The notes beneath the pieces were generated by a model. The model did no database searches. It was not told the DNA's origin and saw only the letters and a program-made list of their open reading frames with translations. DNA of 60,451 nt, filler included. It is 5 parts of 5 records of this genome, joined end to end, with 100 filler letters (N's around TTAATTAATTAA, not from the genome) between each part and the next. Parts side by side here need not be neighbours in the genome. Positions count along the whole stretch, not along the records: positions 46,465 to 60,451 come from SRR31147125_57568; 4 more parts are not named here. The stretch is one strand, 5' to 3'. Each line of letters starts with the position of its first letter. Position 1 is the first letter of the stretch. A program made the translations under genes and the position numbers. This document shows positions 53,006 to 60,451 of the stretch, piece by piece.

Positions 53006-53521
53006 TCAATGCTCGTGCGGAAGACCTTTCAAGTGGCGTTGCAGATGCTCTTTAGCCTCAAGCCCGTCAATCCAGCCATTGGTCGCATCGGCCTTAACAT
53101 CCAGATCGTGAACATAGGGCTTGATGTCGAGCAGCGGCGTCCCATCAAACACATCCAGTCCGGATGTTTCAATCCGATTCCCATCAATGCTCTTAATCTG
53201 GACAACACTCAACCCGATCGGATTGGGCCGCACCGGAGACCGGCTCGCGAAGAGGCCAACCCACTTCCCTTGTGCCCAGGGCGGAGACACTTCCATCGTC
53301 AATGGCTTCGTCTGTCTGTGCAGATGATAGATGACGTAGATCCACTTAAAAGCATCAAGATCCCGCAGCCCATCACAGTAGCATTCTTCCAGTTCAAGGG
53401 AAAAAGCCTGATCGTCTGTCTCGACCGGCTGATAAGGGGCGCTGTCGCTATAGGGTGTCCGGATGATTCCGATCGGTTGCATCGTCAAATCAGGATATTT
53501 CATTTGAGAATCGGTCTTCAT
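53006..53521 (-). CDS. tsaA: tRNA m6t6A37 methyltransferase TsaA/TrmO family
   Basis: PIG.I.TP, GLFASRSP.RPNPIGLS, DGTPLLDIKPY. Confidence 0.88.
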   Translation of the reverse strand: MKTDSQMKYPDLTMQPIGIIRTPYSDSAPYQPVETDDQAFSLELEECYCDGLRDLDAFKWIYVIYHLHRQTKPLTMEVSPPWAQGKWVGLFASRSPVRPNPIGLSVVQIKSIDGNRIETSGLDVFDGTPLLDIKPYVHDLDVKADATNGWIDGLEAKEHLQRHLKGLPHEH

Positions 53522-53630
53522 AATTATAATTCTTTACACTCTGCCGAAAGATTTTCTATTCTTGATGCTCAACAGCCTACTCAATCTTCGGGTGCTGATC
53601 AACAACCCTTGCCATTTAACGTCTCGAGCC

Positions 53631-54997
53631 ATGAAAAGACTTTTTCTCATCCTCATAATTCTGACCGTCTTCTCCGGCCAAACAGTCGCCGAACCATTCG
53701 ATTTTTATCGCAAATCGGGAGAAACGTCAGGGCCGACCCTGCTGGTCATCGGCGGAATTGACGGGGATGAACCAGGAGGATTTCACGCCGCTGCCATGTT
53801 GCTGACCCATTACCAGATCAGTCGTGGGCACTTATGGGTCGTCCCAAACCTGAATGCGTCCAGCATCATCAAGCGGCAGCGCGGCCACCTGAACCTGAAG
53901 TTCGCATCCCTGTCAAAGACAGACCCGGATTACGCCGCAGTCACATCGGTCCAGGAAATCGTCAAGCGACCCCAGGTCGACCTGATCCTAAACCTGCACG
54001 ACGGCAGCGGTTACTACCACCCGGAACGGATCAGCAGTCAACGCAACCCCAGGCGCTGGGGCCAGAGCTGCGTCATAGACAGGTCGACCGTCGCAGCAGG
54101 GCGGTTCAGCGACCTGGAAGGGCTGACAAACAAGGTTATTGCCAGAGCCAATCAGAGCATCAGCAGCAACGATCAGAAGTTTCGACTCAAACACGCCCGG
54201 ACTGATCGGACAGACAATGACATCCCGGCACGCAAATCCCTGTCCTACTACGCGATCCGAAATAACAAACCAGCTGTCGCCATCGAAGCCAGCAAAAAGC
54301 ACCCAGTTCACCTGAGAGCGTTCTATCATCTGTTGCTGCTGGAGAGCTACCTAACCGAGTCGGGAATCACCTTCAGCCGTGACTTCCCCCTGACGCCTGA
54401 CGAGGTGAAGCGCGCCATCCGCGGCGATGCATTGATCTCCATGGCCGAGGGCCGAATTCAACTGGAAATGAACAACATGCGTCCGACTCTTAAAAACTTC
54501 CCTCTGATCTCTGGAGACGCTCCCCTTTTCACGGCCGCAAACCCGCTCGTTCTCCTGCGCCCGGAAGGAAGCCGCTACCGGATTCACTACGGAAACAACC
54601 GCTACGCCCTTCTGTCACCACGACGCTACACCCTTGATCGCAGTCTGGACAGCGTTCAGCTGCAGATAGACGGGCGGCAGCAGGCTATTCCCTTCGGCAG
54701 CATTATCCCGGTGACAAAGCAATTCCAGGTTTTTCTGCCAGCCGGATACCGAACCAACGTTGTCGGTTTCGCCAGAAAGGGGATCAGCAGCGACGAGAAC
54801 GTAGCGATCAGCCTGAAACAATTGAACAGAGCCTATTCCATCGACAAAGCCGGAAAGCTGTATCGGATCGAAGTCTACAAAGGAGATCATTTTTCCGGGA
54901 TGATCCTCGCTGATTTCCGGCCTCAGAGCCGAAAAAAGAGCCGCTGGTCGCCCAGACGGCTCAGAGACGCTCGATCAAAATCGAACGACACAATTAA
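53631..54997 (+). CDS. M14/M99 (Csd4/Pgp1-like) peptidoglycan carboxypeptidase; probable 3' frameshift at A-run ~54932
   Basis: Signal peptide; GGIDGDEPGG, VPNLN, LNLHDG.G.Y, P.RWGQS..ID, IEASK, YSID...YR.EVY...F.GM. Confidence 0.78.
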
Positions 54998-55047
54998 CTC
55001 TATTCAGCTCGCCGCAATAAGCGCAGCAATGTGGATTATATCTCCCG

Positions 55048-55989
55048 TTACCTTCGCACCCGGTTCATCATCTTCTGAAACTTATCCGCAACCTTCTCGT
55101 CGTTTTTCGCCTTCAGCTGTAATCTTCGAACGGCTGAACTTAACGATGAAACATCGCGCCCCAGCTGTTCTCCCAGGGCCGTCAGGGTGGCACACCCCGT
55201 TTCCATATAGAGCCACGCCAGATAGGCACGGGCCTCGGCACAGAGGCGGTTTTTACCGGGAGCAGATAATTCTTCCATGCTCAGCTTGTAGCGCTCAAGA
55301 ACAATGCGGTCAAGCCGCTCCGGGTTGATTCTCGGCTGATAGCGTTGGCGAGAAAGCTTCATCACACCGCGAACAAACTCTTCGTCACCCAGAACCCGCG
55401 GATCTCTTTCGCTGCCCCGGGTAAAGTCGAAACGTGCCGGGGAACCGGCGCCCTCATTGACCAGGGAATGAAATTTCATCATCGCCCGGATTCCGGTCTC
55501 CTCTATCTGCAGAAAAGTCCGGTCTGTCGACAGCCAGAGAACATTCTCGCGACCACAGTAAGCGCGATGACTGCTCCAGAGAGCATGCATCGGGTCACTT
55601 TCAAGGCCGGCCCGAACCGCTGACAGATGAACCTCTTTAACCAATTCCAGCAGGTAGACTTCCGGGTCAACCAGAATCGCTTTGTAACGCCCCTGGAACA
55701 AATGACCAGCTTCCTTGTGCCAATCATTGAACCAGCGCGTGTAGCGGAAACCGAGTTGCTGCATGATTTTTGCCAGTGGAACATCCGCAACTTCAACCAC
55801 GAGCTGGAGATAGGTCGGCATCAGATTGTAGGCGTGAACCTTATGACCAAATTTTTCGATCCCCTCCTGAAGCAACAACAGAAAACGGGTTCTGTCGGTT
55901 GCATCAAGAAAAATAGTCCGATTTCCGTTGCCATGCAGGGTCACATGATAGACAGCCCCCGGGAAATGCAAGCGAGGTTTACGTGCCAT
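55048..55989 (-). mobile_element. RAYT/IS200-like (Y1) transposase homolog with C-terminal HTH; catalytic residues degenerate
   Basis: MARKPR..FPGA.YHV, GHLFQGRYKA, WSS..AY, EAR......L..LG..LGRD.S.LS..VRR. Confidence 0.8.
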
Positions 55990-56167
55990 CGACTCCTCCT
56001 AAATCAACAATTACAAGCCTGCCCCCTCGAAAATCTATATTACAAGGAAAAATCTGAATATCCAATCAAAAAAAGCAGGACTTCTGCTGCCCGGATTAAA
56101 AAAGAGCTATGCCTATGCGACCACAATTGATAAAAAGAAATGATCCACCTCGCGAGGAACCTACACC

Positions 56168-57508
56168 ATGCCGACCGGTTTTTTCAAACAGTATAGAGTC
56201 CTCCTTCTTCTTGGCCTGGTTCTCTTTGCCTGCGGCTGCGGAAACGCCTCGGCGAATCAGCAACTGCGCATCCTGACCTCTTTTCCTCCCGGCTTCTACA
56301 CCCCCTTCATCGAACAGTTCGAAGCGCTTCATCCCGAGATCACGGTCTCTGTTCTCAATAAAAAAACAACCGCTGCTCTGGAAGAAATTCTGCGTGGCAA
56401 CGATCGCCGGTTCGACCTGTTCTGGTCTTCGTCCGTCGATGCGTTTGACCTGCTTAAATCTGAACAGAAGTTGAGGCCTGCAGAGATCCACAATTTGAGC
56501 CCAATGCTCAGCCTGCAGAATATCAATCTGAAGGATCCAGAGGGATACTTCTTCGGGTTTGCCATCTCCGGTATCGGCTGGATGTGGAACCAGACCTACC
56601 TGGAAAAGGAAAAGCTGCCCATCCCGAACCATTGGGAGGACCTGCAGAAACCGATCTATTATGGGCACCTGGCCATGTCGACTCCGTCCCGCTCCGGGAC
56701 AACGCACCTGATTGTTGAGAACATCCTGCAAAAATTTGGCTGGGACGAAGGCTGGAGTTACCTGGCCAGGATTTCCGGTAATTTCGCAACGATCACGGCG
56801 CGCAGCTTCGGTGTCCCGGAAGGGATCGAGAGTCACCGTTTCGGCGTGGGTTTGGTGATCGACTTTCTCGCCCGGACAAAAGGGCAGAAGGATCTGGGCT
56901 TCCGTTACGGACAACCAGCCTTCCCGGTTCCAGCCGGCATCGCCGGGCTGAAGAATTCGGCAAACCTGAGCTCAGCGGATCAGTTCATCCGCTTCATCCT
57001 CTCCCCGCAGGGACAGGAAATCCTCTTACAGCCCGAGATCAATCGCCTCCCCGTCAATCCTGAACTGATTGCAAATCGGGAAGATAAAGTCTTCAAGTTG
57101 CTACAGCTGATCGAAAACAAGAATCTGCAAAGTTACGATGTCAACCTGTCACGCCAGCGCTACCACTTGGTCAATGAACTGTTTGATCAGATGATTACCT
57201 TCCATCTCCGTGAACGCCGCAATGTCTGGAAAAAACTGATTCAACTGGAAAGCGAACTCGGCTCGGACAACCCGACATTTCTCAATCTCAGAAAAACAGT
57301 GCTGGAACGAATCAGTGCGCTCCCCGTTTCGCGACAGCAGAGCCTTGATCCACAGCTTGACAAAATTCTGAACTCACACGATTTCGAACAGGCCGGTTAT
57401 CACCAGAGGCGCGACATCCTTGCCCAATGGGACCAATTCGTTATTCAAAACCTTGAACACGCCAAGCAGGTTCTGAATAACGCTGAATTGACCCTGACGG
57501 CGAACTGA
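56168..57508 (+). CDS. PgtC-like periplasmic binding protein (probable lipoprotein)
   Basis: ILTSF, D.FW.SS.DAF, P.RSGTTHL.VE..LQ..GW..GW, TITARSFGV. Confidence 0.75.
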   Translation: MPTGFFKQYRVLLLLGLVLFACGCGNASANQQLRILTSFPPGFYTPFIEQFEALHPEITVSVLNKKTTAALEEILRGNDRRFDLFWSSSVDAFDLLKSEQKLRPAEIHNLSPMLSLQNINLKDPEGYFFGFAISGIGWMWNQTYLEKEKLPIPNHWEDLQKPIYYGHLAMSTPSRSGTTHLIVENILQKFGWDEGWSYLARISGNFATITARSFGVPEGIESHRFGVGLVIDFLARTKGQKDLGFRYGQPAFPVPAGIAGLKNSANLSSADQFIRFILSPQGQEILLQPEINRLPVNPELIANREDKVFKLLQLIENKNLQSYDVNLSRQRYHLVNELFDQMITFHLRERRNVWKKLIQLESELGSDNPTFLNLRKTVLERISALPVSRQQSLDPQLDKILNSHDFEQAGYHQRRDILAQWDQFVIQNLEHAKQVLNNAELTLTAN

Positions 57509-57509
57509 T

Positions 57510-59894
57510 ATGCAACCCTTCTCCCTGGGCATCTGGACCCGCCTTCTACTTGCATTTGCAGCGATCTCGATGATGACGGTCATCGCTGGTCTGGCCGCAA
57601 TTCTCCTGTTTGAGCATTCGAACGACCTGTTCACGACCATTACCGATGAGCACCTGCCGGAAGTTATCCAGACCGCCGAGTTTGCTGACATCGGTGCTCA
57701 GATCATTGCTGTGGCCCCGGGCCTGGTCACCGCACCGGATGAAAAAACACGCCACAAGATCAGCGCTGATCTGGATCGTCTGTTGGAACGTATCAGCCGA
57801 CAGACCACCTCCTTCGGAACCAGGCCCAATCAGTGGCAGCAGGACATCAGCCTGCTTCTGGATAAAATGAAGGTCAACCTCAAAGATCTTCAGCAAGCCG
57901 TCGACAGGGGGCTGACCCTTGAGCAGCGGATGACGAAACATACTGAAAAACTCCGTTGGCTCTACGCCGATCTTCTGGATGAAATCGACCCTCTGAACCA
58001 GGATTTTGCCTATAATCTCGATGCTGAAATTGAACGCCTGATCGGCGCTTCACTCGACGGGAACCAGAAATTCTCGGCGTCACGGTTACGCGCAAACCGC
58101 GTGGCCAAAGAAGCGGTGGAAAAGATCGGCGACAACAGCGTGCTGCTGGTCAGTCTGATCCTTCAGATCCCAACCGCTGCAAGCAATGAGCAGATCGGTG
58201 AATTGCAGACCCTTTCGGCGGACGCCATTTCGCTGTTGCGCCAAAGCCTGTCCGAGCTTCCCAGGCAAGCGACCACATTCAGCCTCAGGCAGATTCTTAC
58301 CGATATTTTTTCCCTGGCCGAAGGAGAGGACTCTGCCTTTGCCCTGAAAAAGCAGATGCTTGCTGTCCGTGTCTCAAGTGAAAATATCCTTGCTGAAAAT
58401 CGCGATCTGGTCTCCCGGCTGCGCGTCATTATTGATCAGATTCTCGAAAGTTCCCGCTCTGATGCGTTTTCAGCCATCCAGCGCGCTGACAGAAACTTCA
58501 ATCAGACCCGTGGCATCCTGATTCTGATCGGGCTGCTGAGCCTGCTGACCGCCGCCGCAGTCATGTGGTTCTATGTCCGGGGCAACATTGTCGCGCGATT
58601 GAACAAGCTCGGCACCAGCATGCAGGCGATTGCCGAGGGTGACCTCAAACATCCACTTCCCCCGGTTGAAGAGGATGAAATTGGAGCGATGACCGCAGCG
58701 CTTGAGGTTTTTCGCGACACCGCCCAGACCGTTGAGGATGCACACGCACAGACAATCATCGACAACACGAATGTAGGCCTGGTTATTACCAGCCCGGCCG
58801 GCAACATCCTGTTCATCAACACAACCGCAGCCAAACTGTTCAGCCTGAAAGCTGAAGAGGTGATCGGGCAGACATTGACAACTCTTGTCCTGCCGAGAGA
58901 ACGTTCAAAACTGTCAGCCCTTTTACGCGAGGGGAGCAGTCGTTTTAAACGATCCCGCAGCGCGACCTTCCACAGTTTTGTTCACGATGGCGACAGCGTT
59001 CCTGTCGACCTGACCATCCGCCCGGTCGAACAGCGCAACCAGCAGCGCCTGATCATCACCCTCCACGATGCAAGCGAGCGGGAACTGGCTCAGGAGCTTC
59101 TGCAGAAGCGGGTTCGCCAGAAAACAGAGCACCTCAGCCGCATCAACATGAGATTGCGGGACGAAATCAGCGAACGCAAAAAAGCCCAGGACGAACTGAT
59201 TCAGGCCGGAAAACTCGCAGCCCTTGGCCAGATGTCAACCGGGATCACTCACGAGCTCAATCAACCGCTGGCGGCGATCGGCCATTACAGTCACAACGCC
59301 CGACGCTTTCTCGACCGTGGCGATGTCACCACTGCGGAAGAGAACCTGGAACGCATCAGCGACCTGACCGGTCGAATGGCAACCATTGTCAATCATCTGA
59401 AAAACTTTGCCCGGCGTCCCACCAATCAACTCTCTCCCGTTTCTGTTGCGACGTCCGTTGAACGGTCACTCTCCCTGCTGGCGGTCCCGATCGAAAAAGC
59501 GAGGGTCAGCATCAACAGTGAAAATCTCGCCCCTGATCTCAAGGTTATGGCAGAAGATATCCGCCTGGAACAGGTCCTGGTCAACGTCATCAGCAACGCA
59601 ATCGACGCGGTTATGGACAACCCGGAGGAAAAGCGCAACATCACCATCGGAGCCTTAGAGCAGGAAGACGGGATCAGGATTTCCGTTGAAGATACCGGGC
59701 CAGGGATTCCGGAAGCCGAACTGTCCCAGATTTTTGACCCCTTCTACACCACCAAAGACGTCGGTAAGGGGCTTGGACTCGGGCTCTCAATTTCCTACAA
59801 TATCATTAAGGACTTCGGTGGACAGCTGGGGGCGACATCACACCCACCGAACGGAAGTCAGTTCTCCATCACTCTTCAGAAAGCAGCGGAATAA
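57510..59894 (+). CDS. PgtB/DctB-like sensor histidine kinase (helical sensor, HAMP, PAS)
   Basis: Two TM segments, HAMP DEIG, QAGKLAALGQM..GI.HELNQPL, RLEQVLVN, G.GLGLGLSIS. Confidence 0.88.
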   Translation: MQPFSLGIWTRLLLAFAAISMMTVIAGLAAILLFEHSNDLFTTITDEHLPEVIQTAEFADIGAQIIAVAPGLVTAPDEKTRHKISADLDRLLERISRQTTSFGTRPNQWQQDISLLLDKMKVNLKDLQQAVDRGLTLEQRMTKHTEKLRWLYADLLDEIDPLNQDFAYNLDAEIERLIGASLDGNQKFSASRLRANRVAKEAVEKIGDNSVLLVSLILQIPTAASNEQIGELQTLSADAISLLRQSLSELPRQATTFSLRQILTDIFSLAEGEDSAFALKKQMLAVRVSSENILAENRDLVSRLRVIIDQILESSRSDAFSAIQRADRNFNQTRGILILIGLLSLLTAAAVMWFYVRGNIVARLNKLGTSMQAIAEGDLKHPLPPVEEDEIGAMTAALEVFRDTAQTVEDAHAQTIIDNTNVGLVITSPAGNILFINTTAAKLFSLKAEEVIGQTLTTLVLPRERSKLSALLREGSSRFKRSRSATFHSFVHDGDSVPVDLTIRPVEQRNQQRLIITLHDASERELAQELLQKRVRQKTEHLSRINMRLRDEISERKKAQDELIQAGKLAALGQMSTGITHELNQPLAAIGHYSHNARRFLDRGDVTTAEENLERISDLTGRMATIVNHLKNFARRPTNQLSPVSVATSVERSLSLLAVPIEKARVSINSENLAPDLKVMAEDIRLEQVLVNVISNAIDAVMDNPEEKRNITIGALEQEDGIRISVEDTGPGIPEAELSQIFDPFYTTKDVGKGLGLGLSISYNIIKDFGGQLGATSHPPNGSQFSITLQKAAE

Positions 59895-59897
59895 ACC

Positions 59898-60451
59898 ATG
59901 AAAGTTCAGGGAGACATCTACCTGATTGATGACGAAACAGAAATATTGGAAGCCTGCCGTCAAACCTTTGAGCTGGAAGGATACCGGGTGCGCACGTTTC
60001 AATCCGGGCATGAACTTCTTCCGCTTCTTGAACAGGACTGGCCGGGCGTTATCATCTCAGATGTCCGCATGCCTGGAATCGATGGCCTGACCCTGCTGGA
60101 GAAAGTCAAACAAAAAGCTCCGGACATTCCGGTTGTGCTGCTCACCGGACATGGTGACGTTCCGATGGCGATCAATGCGATCAAAGCCGGAGCTTACGAC
60201 TTTCTCGAAAAACCTGCCCCGCCTGAATATCTCATCGAGGTGGCCAGGCGCGCGTTGACAGCCCGCCAGCTCAGCCTTGAAAATGCACGCCTGAAAGAAC
60301 GACTCGCTGACTGCGATATAACGCTGATCGAAAATCGGATTCTCGGCAGCGCACACAAAACTGTCGCGTTACGCGAAATGATTTCAAATCTGGCAACGGT
60401 TGATGTCGATGTTCTGCTGATTGGAGAAACCGGCTCTGGAAAAGAGCTCGC
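59898..60451 (+). CDS. Sigma54-dependent response regulator (PgtA/DctD-like), truncated by window end
   Basis: LIDDE, SDVRMPG.DG, LTGHGDV, DFLEKP, LIGETGSGKE. Confidence 0.9.
   Translation, partial: MKVQGDIYLIDDETEILEACRQTFELEGYRVRTFQSGHELLPLLEQDWPGVIISDVRMPGIDGLTLLEKVKQKAPDIPVVLLTGHGDVPMAINAIKAGAYDFLEKPAPPEYLIEVARRALTARQLSLENARLKERLADCDITLIENRILGSAHKTVALREMISNLATVDVDVLLIGETGSGKEL

Noticed and set aside
54998-55328. C-terminal extension of the 588-aa M99 ORF overlapping the RAYT-like gene
   Set aside because: Probably read-through from a frameshift at the A-run near 54932; an alternative frame stops at 54997.

Overview
The window is five separate contigs joined by 100-nt N-spacers that carry a TTAATTAATTAA six-frame-stop linker: A 1-11359, B 11460-23265, C 23366-37176, D 37277-46364, E 46465-60451. 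Gene content suggests anaerobic Desulfobacterota-like bacteria, possibly several genomes, so synteny across spacers is meaningless. Many genes, including housekeeping obgE and proB, are split at homopolymer runs, which points to sequencing indels rather than pseudogenes. Content includes serB, leuB, TPP riboswitch-thiM-thiE, an RND efflux system, tyrS, a Dcu transporter with a CitA/DcuS-type two-component system, a DUF1858-SBP/GTPase/ATPase triad, a radical SAM + ABC importer operon, an octaheme HAO-family cytochrome, sodC, rplU-rpmA-obgE-proBA-nadD, and a PgtC/B/A-like signalling trio. The top finding is an unannotated Tyr-rich leader peptide (7 Tyr in 14 codons) with alternative hairpins and a terminator upstream of tyrS, i.e. 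a probable tyrosine-sensing ribosome-mediated attenuator. Also notable are an intact but apparently catalytically dead RAYT-like HUH transposase, a DcuS-like kinase lacking its cytoplasmic PAS domain, and a permease-less cytoplasmic 'ABC' triad. All family assignments are from motif recognition; no database searches were run.
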